From a virus, in the IMG/VR virus record IMGVR_UViG_3300023112_001138, positions 1-64,000 of that record: DNA of 64,000 nucleotides. One strand, written 5' to 3'. The position numbers were made by a program, and so were the translations under genes. The notes beneath the pieces are model-generated. The model did not search any database. It had not been told where the DNA came from and saw only the letters and a program-made list of their open reading frames with translations. Positions 27,123-36,072 of this stretch are shown piece after piece (the first letter of the stretch is position 1; each line of letters opens with the position of its first letter).

Positions 27123-29018
27123 ATGAGAAAATTTACAAACCCAAAAACTCTAAAAGGTCAAGATAAAATCAATAGGATTACTGATCTAATGAGTAGAATG
27201 ACAACACTAAATGAAAGTACTTCACTTTCAGAAATAGATTTCATAAAAAAGGGACCAAATGGAATTGTTTATGGTATTATTAGAGAAAATCATAACTACT
27301 TTATTAAAACAACTGAAAAAACATCTGGAACATTAATTGCAGAAGATTTTGAATACGTTGGTGGTGCTAAAAATAAATACATTGAAAGGTATAATACATA
27401 TACTGAAGCATTAAAACAATTAAATATGAAATTTGATATGTTGAATGAGTCATATGGTATTGAAGTGGGATCAAATCTTTTTGAATCCGATGGTCATGAG
27501 ATTCAGGTATCCAACGCTAGTGGGGTAGTAGTTAAAGAGACTAAGGTTTCTGACCCCGATAATGATGATGATGGTAAATTAGAGTTAATAAATGATGAAG
27601 AGGAAGATGTTGAAGAACAAAAGCAAGTAATTAGGGTAAAAACACCAAAAGCGCCAGTAGAAGATACAGTAGAGGTAGATGAATTTGCGATGGATGATAT
27701 GGAAACTGCTGAAGGTGGTGGAGAAGACCCATTCGCTGCTGAAGATGGTGGAGAAGGAATGGATGATGAAGGAATGGATGATGAAGGAATGGATGATGAA
27801 GATGGGGACGAAACAACCAAAAAGATACAAAAACTTACTGGAAAAGTCACACAACTAATGAGAGATATGGATGACCCTGATTCGGAGTTAGATAAATACG
27901 TCATTAACTCAGTTATTTCAGCAATTGATTTTGAAGAAATGGATGAGGAAGATGTTGAAGATGTTATTGCTAAGATTGAGGGTGAAGATGAAGAAGCTGG
28001 AGAAGGTGATGAATTTGATACGGAAGAGGTTGATGTTGATTTAGATGTAGAAGAAGTTCCTGAAGGTGAACCGTCAGAAGATCAAATTACTGAAGATTCT
28101 GAAGGTAGGGAAACTTTTGACTATGGTGAGGATGAAGGTCACGACCATAAAGAAGAAGAAGATTTAAAAGAGAAAGAAGAAATGTCACCACAAGATAGGA
28201 TTAGTGAAATAAAAAAACATCTTGAAGCCCTTGAGTCTGATATGTCTTATGATGAAGACCATGAAGATAGAGAAGAAGAAGGTACCGAATTTAACGAATC
28301 AAGGTCATTTTCCAAAAAACAATTAATGGAAACATTTTTAAGAAAAAATGTTAAAAATTCACTAAAAAAAGTTTTAAAAGAAAACCACTCAATGTGTGAA
28401 GAATGTTTGGGGGAAGGTTGTGAGTCTTGTATGGGAGAACATCATAATTTGTCAGATACTAATTATGGTAAATATAATAGAAATGAATATATGTTAGAAG
28501 ATGACGATATGGATATGTTGGCTGGGGATGATGTACATGAAGATATAGATTATATGGATACTGAAATGTTAGGACAAGATGTTTTATACCGAACCGGAGA
28601 AGAACCTAAATTTGATAGGGATGGTGATGGTATATCTAATGAGTATGATGTAGATAGTAACGATGATGGTAGTATAGATTACGGAATGGGTAATAAAATG
28701 TATGATTGGCCAGAACGCACTTTTGGTAGAAAGGGTGATAGGGATTCTGACGGTATCCCAAATACAAACGATGACAATCCTGGAACACCTAGTTGGGAAG
28801 ATGACGGAGATGATTTTATAGAAATAGATTTTGAATCGTTGATGGGAAATGCTCCGGTTAAAGAACCGGGTGTCGCACCACCAACAACTACACCAAGTAC
28901 CACACCAGGTAAACCAAGATGGAAAAAAATTAGGAAACCTGAACCAGGTACACAGGGAAAACCTAAAGCAGAAGTAGCAAGAAGAAAAGCTACTATACGA
29001 AAAGGAAGAATGTATTAA
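27123..29018 (+). CDS. Large acidic putative head core protein with DxDxDG repeats and a Pro-rich C-terminus
   Basis: Start moved to ATG 27123; leader ...KINRITDLMSRMTTLNES; DRDGDGISN, DRDSDGIPN; EGMDD x3; CEECLGEGCESC. Confidence 0.65.
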   Translation: MRKFTNPKTLKGQDKINRITDLMSRMTTLNESTSLSEIDFIKKGPNGIVYGIIRENHNYFIKTTEKTSGTLIAEDFEYVGGAKNKYIERYNTYTEALKQLNMKFDMLNESYGIEVGSNLFESDGHEIQVSNASGVVVKETKVSDPDNDDDGKLELINDEEEDVEEQKQVIRVKTPKAPVEDTVEVDEFAMDDMETAEGGGEDPFAAEDGGEGMDDEGMDDEGMDDEDGDETTKKIQKLTGKVTQLMRDMDDPDSELDKYVINSVISAIDFEEMDEEDVEDVIAKIEGEDEEAGEGDEFDTEEVDVDLDVEEVPEGEPSEDQITEDSEGRETFDYGEDEGHDHKEEEDLKEKEEMSPQDRISEIKKHLEALESDMSYDEDHEDREEEGTEFNESRSFSKKQLMETFLRKNVKNSLKKVLKENHSMCEECLGEGCESCMGEHHNLSDTNYGKYNRNEYMLEDDDMDMLAGDDVHEDIDYMDTEMLGQDVLYRTGEEPKFDRDGDGISNEYDVDSNDDGSIDYGMGNKMYDWPERTFGRKGDRDSDGIPNTNDDNPGTPSWEDDGDDFIEIDFESLMGNAPVKEPGVAPPTTTPSTTPGKPRWKKIRKPEPGTQGKPKAEVARRKATIRKGRMY

Positions 29019-29020
29019 AA

Positions 29021-29419
29021 ATGAAATTAGTATATATAAATAAAATAGGTCAAAACTGGAAAGGAAACTACATTTATGAGTTTCTTTTTTCAGATATAAT
29101 AAAAGATATTGACGGAGAGGGATGGGATTCGTACCCATCTTCAGGTAACCCTGAACCACCAGAAGTAAAATTTATTAAAGAGACTGGGGTGTTAAATACT
29201 ACATTAAAACTGGATTTGGTTCAAGAATCCGATTCATTTGCAATGTGGGACGCAGTTGATGGTGTTGTTTCTATGGCTTGGGAAAATATGGAAGGATATG
29301 ATGAATATCCAGAAAAAAGATTATTCTTTTCTTTCGGGGAGGATATTAAATCAGTAAACGATAAACTATATGAAAAAGATATAGTATTAAACTATAATAA
29401 AGAATTAATAAACACATAA
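29021..29419 (+). CDS. Hypothetical phage protein
   Basis: 132-aa ORF, tightly packed in the operon. Confidence 0.65.
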   Translation: MKLVYINKIGQNWKGNYIYEFLFSDIIKDIDGEGWDSYPSSGNPEPPEVKFIKETGVLNTTLKLDLVQESDSFAMWDAVDGVVSMAWENMEGYDEYPEKRLFFSFGEDIKSVNDKLYEKDIVLNYNKELINT

Positions 29420-29420
29420 A

Positions 29421-29939
29421 ATGAAAAAGAAAGTTAAGATATTTGGTAAGGAAATTAAGCGGGCAACCAGACGTAAATTAATGGAGAATGTTATGGAAAA
29501 CTGGGAAATGAAGGACACTTACAGTAAAAAGAAATATAAACAAACCCCTAGAGAAGGTGGTATTGAGAATGTATTTGGTCAATATGCTGAAGATATGGAT
29601 CCTGCGGTAATTAGATACATGAGAAAAAATCCCGATGCGATTCTAAGAAGAATGGCTAAGTTGTATCCAGAAATTTATATGAGACACCTACCAGAACAAT
29701 CACCAGTTATGGATGATTGGGAATTTGAAGAAAAAGGGGTAGACATAGTAGATGAAACATACTATGGTTTTGAAAACTCTGGAGATATACCTAGTAATTT
29801 CAAACCAGAACAAGATGACACAGTAAAAGTGGGTCCAAATGCAGTTAAAACAGAAAGTAAGATTAAAACTGTAACAGTTAATGAAATTAAAAAAATGTTA
29901 GGTAGAAAATCAAAAAAGAAGAATAAATTTAGAAGATAA
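29421..29939 (+). CDS. Hypothetical protein
   Basis: 172-aa ORF with basic termini; C-terminal VNEIKKMLG. Confidence 0.6.
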   Translation: MKKKVKIFGKEIKRATRRKLMENVMENWEMKDTYSKKKYKQTPREGGIENVFGQYAEDMDPAVIRYMRKNPDAILRRMAKLYPEIYMRHLPEQSPVMDDWEFEEKGVDIVDETYYGFENSGDIPSNFKPEQDDTVKVGPNAVKTESKIKTVTVNEIKKMLGRKSKKKNKFRR

Positions 29940-29940
29940 A

Positions 29941-30663
29941 ATGAAAAAAAAGGATATTATAAAAAGTTTAATATCTGAAAAGTTTGCATCCAAAGCACAA
30001 CAAGCTTATCTTTATGCAAATGAGCCCGATATTGCAGATGAATTTGCTTCTACAATGACCGATGAAGATTACGATGAATTACCCCAAAAAGTTAAGAAAA
30101 AAAAGAAAGGGAGTAAAAAATCTAAAAAAGAATCCATCAATCCCAGAATGAAAAAAAATGATTTACTGGAATATATAAAAAATTCATCAGTTAAAAAAAA
30201 AAGTAAGATAGTTGAGTCTCGGTATGATTTTCCTTACCTAAGAGAGGTAGACCCACAAGAACGAAGGGATATAATGAAATACTTTGAGATGATCCGACAA
30301 AGTGGGATTGTTAATATGTTTCAATCACCCCCAATACTTAATTGGGCAAAAGACGATCTACATAGATTTTTATATGGAGAAAGAAATGATCCAGAATCTA
30401 TTGAGAGGAGTATTGAGGAAGAAGAATATGATAATGAAGATGGGGAAAATGATACTACTATCTCCATATTAAAGGAAAGGTTAGTAACTATAAACTATTT
30501 ATTAGATAATAAACAAAAGATTAGAGATATATTAATCCGAGCTGCATTTAACAGAATAGATAATACCAATGGTAACCATGAAATGAGAAATGTACAACAT
30601 ATATTCGAAAAGATGGCTAAAGAATCTTGGCAGTTTTGGGTTGGTATACAAAGTATAAAATAA
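29941..30663 (+). CDS. Modular protein with a KFASKAQQ motif and an IRQSGIVNMF (DUF5049-like) module
   Basis: Leader MKKKDIIKSLISE; internal IVES site precedes the second module. Confidence 0.55.
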   Translation: MKKKDIIKSLISEKFASKAQQAYLYANEPDIADEFASTMTDEDYDELPQKVKKKKKGSKKSKKESINPRMKKNDLLEYIKNSSVKKKSKIVESRYDFPYLREVDPQERRDIMKYFEMIRQSGIVNMFQSPPILNWAKDDLHRFLYGERNDPESIERSIEEEEYDNEDGENDTTISILKERLVTINYLLDNKQKIRDILIRAAFNRIDNTNGNHEMRNVQHIFEKMAKESWQFWVGIQSIK

Positions 30664-30673
30664 AACAATAACT

Positions 30674-32086
30674 ATGAGAAAGAAAATAAATAGAATAAAC
30701 GAAATTACTAAACTAATAGTAAAGAAACATTTAAGAGAAGCAATAGAATACGACCCATCTCATAGAGAAAGAATGGATCAAAGTATTGAACAAAGTTTAG
30801 GTCAAGACACTCACCCATTTGGTGGTAGTCCTTCATTACCAGGTACTGGAACATCTCAAAAATATTCAGAAAAACTTGCTAGTAAAAGATTTAAAGATAT
30901 TGTTAATATGGTTAAAAGATATCATGGGGTAGAAAATATTGATATGGGGATGATGAGACAAATGATGCAAATTATGCAACAAGTTGGGGAAATTGAACAA
31001 TCAAAAAAAGCACAATTAGAGCAGTTGGCAATTGATATAGTAAGTGAGGAGTTTGATATACCGGAAGATATGTTAAGACCAAATCTAGTTCCACCCGGAT
31101 CAGAATTAAATTTAGATGATGATAATGAGGAAGAAGGAGAAGAGGGTGAAGAAGAAGAATTCAAACCTAAAAGTGCTGAAAGAATGAAAGAATTAGATTC
31201 TGAAGTTGCTAAAAGAAATTCACTTAATGCTATGATGCAAGGGGCAGCAAAGAAAGGTCACTATATATTCCATCAAGTTGCTGATGAATTAGATAAGATA
31301 GACCCTCGTTTAATGGGTCTTTATGGTAAATTAATGTCATTGGCAGATTACCAATATTGGTTAGTTCCAGAAAGTGCTATGGGTAGTGCTATTGGTGGAA
31401 CAGAAAAAATTAAATGGGAAAAACCAAAAAAACCTGAAGATGAAGAAGAAGAAGAAACAGGTATAAAGGAAGAGGAAGAACCTATAATAGAAGCTAAAGC
31501 GTGGATATTCCCTCTTTTAGTACATGAATTAATCAAAGGGGTTATGGAGTTAGCTGCAATGGATTGGGGGAGAAAACATATGGATTCCGATGAACTGAAA
31601 CATGTTATTGGTAGAGCTGATACTATTAGTGGTGAAATATGGGGAATGAGATTGGGTCCAGGAATGTGGGAGAAATTTCTTGAATGTATTAATGATGAGG
31701 ATTATAAGATAAAACATTGGTTATTCCAACAACTATCTCAGTTACCTGCAGATAAATTTCATAGTTTTATGAAAGAAATACTATCCTCTACTCATGAATG
31801 TGAAAAAGTAATTGACCACCTAAGAGAACTACATCAAGAAGATGAAAATGATAGCTTAGAAGATATTGTAACAGGCGATGAAAATACTTTCGATGCGGGA
31901 TTAGATGATTTATTAGATGATGTGGGTATTGCACCTTCACCACAAGAAGATACTCCCGAAGATACGGCAACACCAGAAGATGTCGATTATTCTGAAATGT
32001 CAAAATCTGAAATCCAGAAGTTAATAGATGATGCTTTAGATGCGGGTGATATTGATATGATGGATAAGTTATACAAGTATTTGTAA
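30674..32086 (+). CDS. Putative head protein with HELIKG motif and IDEAL-like C-terminal domain
   Basis: Leader ...LIVKKHLRE; FPLLVHELIKGVME; EIQKLIDDALDAGDIDMMDKL. Confidence 0.6.
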   Translation: MRKKINRINEITKLIVKKHLREAIEYDPSHRERMDQSIEQSLGQDTHPFGGSPSLPGTGTSQKYSEKLASKRFKDIVNMVKRYHGVENIDMGMMRQMMQIMQQVGEIEQSKKAQLEQLAIDIVSEEFDIPEDMLRPNLVPPGSELNLDDDNEEEGEEGEEEEFKPKSAERMKELDSEVAKRNSLNAMMQGAAKKGHYIFHQVADELDKIDPRLMGLYGKLMSLADYQYWLVPESAMGSAIGGTEKIKWEKPKKPEDEEEEETGIKEEEEPIIEAKAWIFPLLVHELIKGVMELAAMDWGRKHMDSDELKHVIGRADTISGEIWGMRLGPGMWEKFLECINDEDYKIKHWLFQQLSQLPADKFHSFMKEILSSTHECEKVIDHLRELHQEDENDSLEDIVTGDENTFDAGLDDLLDDVGIAPSPQEDTPEDTATPEDVDYSEMSKSEIQKLIDDALDAGDIDMMDKLYKYL

Positions 32087-32128
32087 ATTTTTAATACTAA
32101 AATAAAAAAACTGTAAAGATAATATTAG

Positions 32129-32153
32129 AATCCCATCAAGGTGGGATTTTTTT
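32129..32153 (+). terminator. Rho-independent terminator
   Basis: AATCCCAT-caag-GTGGGATT followed by a T run. Confidence 0.75.
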
Positions 32154-32201
32154 ATATACATAAGATATTTATATAAAAAATAGATAGGATACCCCAAAGG
32201 T

Positions 32202-33323
32202 GTGAAATTAACATTTAAAAATATAATTACAGAAGATATTAGGAAATCCCCTAAACTAGAGAATGCCATTTTTAAATTTCTTAAAAGGAAGGACGTTTGG
32301 CGAGGGAGAACAGAAGACGAAGATAAAAGTAGTTTGCAAGCTTCTGATGATGTAGAAAAAACATTTGGTTTGGATGAATGGGATGCTAAGTTTTTTACAT
32401 TTAAATGGTTAGTTAATAATGGTTACGACACTCTAGATAGTGATGGTGAGATTGATTATTGGGTTAAAAGTACTGATGACAAATATCAATTTTTAAAAGA
32501 TACTGGATGGTGGGGTAAATTTTATAAACCATATAAATTTATAGATGTAGTAGAGAAGGGTGAAGGTAATCAAAAATTTATCCTTGTAGATTCTTATTAT
32601 GAATTTAAACCATTATTTGATAATGAATGGATAAGTGATGCAATTTTTGGTGGCGATTATGTTGAGATATTTGGGTGGTATAACTACCCGCTAGAAGAAA
32701 TGTGGGATAGCCTTGATGATAAAGGGTTACAATCTATAATAGAAGTTCTCCCTTCATATACATCCGAAGATGATTTATTTCATAACGCCCCTGAATCGTT
32801 TTTAGATGTAGTTGACCCAGATACCGGTAGTATCCCAATGGATAGAAGAACAATAAATTTTATTAAAGATGGGGATACCTCTTCATTACTTTATGATTTG
32901 ATTAATGAGTTAGATGAATTTGATGAATTAAAAAGTGATATGGTAAATCTTTATAATGTAGCATATAATGATGCTGCACATTCAGAATTATTCAAGGGTG
33001 CAATGTCAGAGTTGGAAAGTTTTTTCGGGGGCAACCCAAAATGGGTGCAGGTTCCGGGTCCAGATAAAAATAATGAGTTAAATATGTTAGAAATCCCCAT
33101 CAAACAAGAAGATTATGACAATTTATATAAAGAATGGTTGGACACCTTTTCAGATTTCCCAGAACATTCTTATTCAGAGTATATAGAATCGTGGGGAGAG
33201 GTATTAAGAGAAAGTGGGGATGAGCTGAGATTTCCTGACTTACAATATTTTTATCCAGACCATAATATAGTGAATGATTATTTTAATGATTCATTACGAG
33301 ATAATTTATATGGTGGTAACTAA
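32202..33323 (+). CDS. Acidic hypothetical protein resembling the last module of the 4890..9197 protein
   Basis: GTG start; leader MKLTFKNIITE; shared GWYN and FND(S/M)L motifs; ATATTTATA at 32165-32173. Confidence 0.6.
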   Translation: MKLTFKNIITEDIRKSPKLENAIFKFLKRKDVWRGRTEDEDKSSLQASDDVEKTFGLDEWDAKFFTFKWLVNNGYDTLDSDGEIDYWVKSTDDKYQFLKDTGWWGKFYKPYKFIDVVEKGEGNQKFILVDSYYEFKPLFDNEWISDAIFGGDYVEIFGWYNYPLEEMWDSLDDKGLQSIIEVLPSYTSEDDLFHNAPESFLDVVDPDTGSIPMDRRTINFIKDGDTSSLLYDLINELDEFDELKSDMVNLYNVAYNDAAHSELFKGAMSELESFFGGNPKWVQVPGPDKNNELNMLEIPIKQEDYDNLYKEWLDTFSDFPEHSYSEYIESWGEVLRESGDELRFPDLQYFYPDHNIVNDYFNDSLRDNLYGGN

Positions 33324-33334
33324 TATTTATTAAT

Positions 33335-34180
33335 ATGAAGATTATAATAACAGAGTCACAACATAGGAGAATAGTAAAGGAAGAAACCAAACAGATGGAA
33401 TTGGCCAATAAAGTAAAACAAGGGTTGTCAAGTGCAGACCTAAAAACAACTATGTATGAAATCACTACCTTATATTCATATAGTGAAGAAGAAATTATTA
33501 ATAATTCAGTGTTAATGGAGTTAGTTAAAGAGAAAATGTTAAAAGAAATAAAGGATAATTACTATATATCTAAAGATTTAAGAGATAAGTATGGAAACTA
33601 TTTTGGTTTGGTTGGGCAAAGCGCAGCTAAAGAAATCGTTCAAGGTGGGTCAAACCCTTATTCTAAGTTTTTGCAATTAGATGCGGTTTTAAAAACTATA
33701 CCCCGTGGTTATTCTATAACAGAATCAAGTATAGAGATAGTAAAAGAAATGAGAGATGGGTTAACTTATGATGCGATACAATATCTTTTTGATAACTTTG
33801 AAGTCGCTGGTGCAATTAAAAGGGCATCAATTATGAAAGATAGGTCGGGTAATTATGATGAAATATACCCCTACGTTAAAGAATGGGCGATTAAACATGG
33901 TATAACCTTATTTGAGAAACATAGGGGATTAACATTTATAAAGAAAGATGGTATGATGCAGTCTTTGGTTAACTACCTAAAGGATGTTAACCCCAAAACG
34001 AAGTCGGGATTTTTGGATTATATTAACTCCAGGGGGAGATCAACAGGTCAACATGCGTATTTTTGGAAAGCAGCCCAAGAATCTGGAATTATTACCCCTG
34101 TTAGAAATGGTAGACAGATTACCTATCAGTTAGGTCCCAATTATGAAGCTTGGAAAAACGATAATTTAGTTGCATTTTAA
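33335..34180 (+). CDS. ITESQ-leader protein, possible C-terminal winged helix
   Basis: MKIIITESQHRRIVKEE; FWKAAQESGIITPVRNGRQITYQLG; ATATTTATT at 33323-33331. Confidence 0.6.
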   Translation: MKIIITESQHRRIVKEETKQMELANKVKQGLSSADLKTTMYEITTLYSYSEEEIINNSVLMELVKEKMLKEIKDNYYISKDLRDKYGNYFGLVGQSAAKEIVQGGSNPYSKFLQLDAVLKTIPRGYSITESSIEIVKEMRDGLTYDAIQYLFDNFEVAGAIKRASIMKDRSGNYDEIYPYVKEWAIKHGITLFEKHRGLTFIKKDGMMQSLVNYLKDVNPKTKSGFLDYINSRGRSTGQHAYFWKAAQESGIITPVRNGRQITYQLGPNYEAWKNDNLVAF

Positions 34181-34222
34181 TAGTTTTATTCACATTTTTA
34201 TATTTATTAGTAAACTAACCTT

Positions 34223-36019
34223 ATGGATAGAGCAGAAAAATTAAAAATATACGCACGTTGTTTAGGTGACCCTACATATGCAATTGAAACGTTTTTGAAA
34301 ACATATGATTTAACACAAAAAGGATTTGTTCCCTTTAAGTTATATATTAAACAAAAAAAAATAATAGAATCATATGAAAACCACAATAGAAATATTGTTA
34401 CTAAACCTCGTCAGGCAGGTGTATCTACTACTACTGCTGCATATATCGCAGTAAAAATTGCTTTCGGTGACCCTAATAACCCTTGGAAAGTATTGGTATT
34501 AGCAAATAAACAAACTTTAGCCCAAGAATTTCTTAAAAAAATAAAAGATTTTTTAGATCAAATGCCTGCATGGGTATGGGGAGTAAAAGAAGGTGACTCA
34601 TATTTAGATATTGAAGCTAAGGGACATATAAAAACAAAGGGCACAAAATGTGAGGTTAAAGCTTTGGCAACATCTAAAGATGCTCTTAGGGGGTATACCC
34701 CTACATTCTTAATAATGGATGAAGCTGCGTTTATCGATAATGGTGCTGAGGTATTTGGTGCTGCATTAACCTCTTTGGGTACTGGTGGTAAGGTAACGTT
34801 AATATCAACACCTAATGGGCAAGATGCGTTATATTATAGAACGTATGACGGTGCAAAGAAAGGGGACAATAATTTTAAAATTATTGAAATGAGGTGGCAT
34901 GAAGATATAAGATATAATAGAAATTTAAGGTGGTTAAGGGGTGAGGAAGAAATAATTGTTTGTGAAAGTATCGGTAGAGAAAAATTAAGATGGGAATATA
35001 GTGGTAACACATATGAAACTGATAGTATCCACATAGATGATTACACTATAATGGTTAAAGATGGATGGAAAGCATCCTCCCCATGGTATGAAGAAATGTG
35101 TAGGGATATGAATGGGGATAAAAAACAAATAGCCCAAGAATTAGATGTGTCATTTGTTAGTTCTGGTGGTAACGTTATAGATGATGAATATATCGAATAC
35201 CAAAACGATAATTATGTTAAAGAACCAAAATATATGGCAGAAATGGAAAAATCTATGTGGATATGGAAAGAACCAGAAGAGGGTCATAAATATATTATGG
35301 GTGTGGATGTATCTAGAGGAGATGGAAAAGATAGTTCCACTATAGTAATATTAGATTTTGATGGTTTAGAACAGGTTGCAGAATTTCAATATAAACTACC
35401 ACCTGATTTATTAGCGGAAATAGTTTATAAGTATGGTAATCTTTATCAAGCATATACTGTTGTAGATATAACTGGTGGTATGGGGGTTTCTACAGTAATG
35501 AAACTTCTAGAAATGGGTTATAAATATCTTCATTATGATGACCCTAAAAGTAGAAGCTTAAGTGAAAAATACGCAAAAAGTGTATATAAACAAGGTGATA
35601 AGGTTCCAGGTTATAATGTAGGGAACACAAGGTTACAAATGGTTAGTGATTTAGAAGAGCATGTAAGAGAAAGTAAAACAATTATTAGATCAGTTAGATT
35701 GATTTCTGAATTAAAGACTTTTGTGTATAGAAATGGTAGGCCAGATCATATGGATGGGTATCATGATGATATAATTATGGCATTGGCAATGCCAATATTT
35801 ATTGTACAAACAACATTTAAAAAATTAAAAGCCATAGAAAAACAAACAAAAGCAATGTTAGATAGTTGGGTTACTGTGTCTAGTGGTAATGAAACAGATA
35901 AAATAGATAAACCCCACGTTAACCCTTTTTATACTAACACCCCAACGTATCACCCAAAAGAGGCATCTAACGGAAATAATGATAAAGGTGAATTTAATTG
36001 GTTATTTGGGATTAGATAA
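34223..36019 (+). CDS. terL: Terminase large subunit (T4 gp17-like)
   Basis: KPRQAGVST Walker A; LIMDEAAF Walker B; ISTPNG; GVDVSRG and HDDIIMALA nuclease motifs. Confidence 0.95.
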   Translation: MDRAEKLKIYARCLGDPTYAIETFLKTYDLTQKGFVPFKLYIKQKKIIESYENHNRNIVTKPRQAGVSTTTAAYIAVKIAFGDPNNPWKVLVLANKQTLAQEFLKKIKDFLDQMPAWVWGVKEGDSYLDIEAKGHIKTKGTKCEVKALATSKDALRGYTPTFLIMDEAAFIDNGAEVFGAALTSLGTGGKVTLISTPNGQDALYYRTYDGAKKGDNNFKIIEMRWHEDIRYNRNLRWLRGEEEIIVCESIGREKLRWEYSGNTYETDSIHIDDYTIMVKDGWKASSPWYEEMCRDMNGDKKQIAQELDVSFVSSGGNVIDDEYIEYQNDNYVKEPKYMAEMEKSMWIWKEPEEGHKYIMGVDVSRGDGKDSSTIVILDFDGLEQVAEFQYKLPPDLLAEIVYKYGNLYQAYTVVDITGGMGVSTVMKLLEMGYKYLHYDDPKSRSLSEKYAKSVYKQGDKVPGYNVGNTRLQMVSDLEEHVRESKTIIRSVRLISELKTFVYRNGRPDHMDGYHDDIIMALAMPIFIVQTTFKKLKAIEKQTKAMLDSWVTVSSGNETDKIDKPHVNPFYTNTPTYHPKEASNGNNDKGEFNWLFGIR

Positions 36020-36072
36020 TATTTATTTTTAATAGATATTTATTATAATGGTAAAACAATATATAAGATAAG

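Noticed and set aside
27123-29018. Every (I/L/V)-x-E in Glu-rich proteins as a cleavage site
   Set aside because: The tripeptide is frequent by chance in acidic proteins; only sites at leader ends or module boundaries were counted as evidence.
34900-35070. Intein or intron in the terminase
   Set aside because: The extra segment is short, lacks intein terminal (C...HN) and LAGLIDADG motifs, and the frame is continuous.
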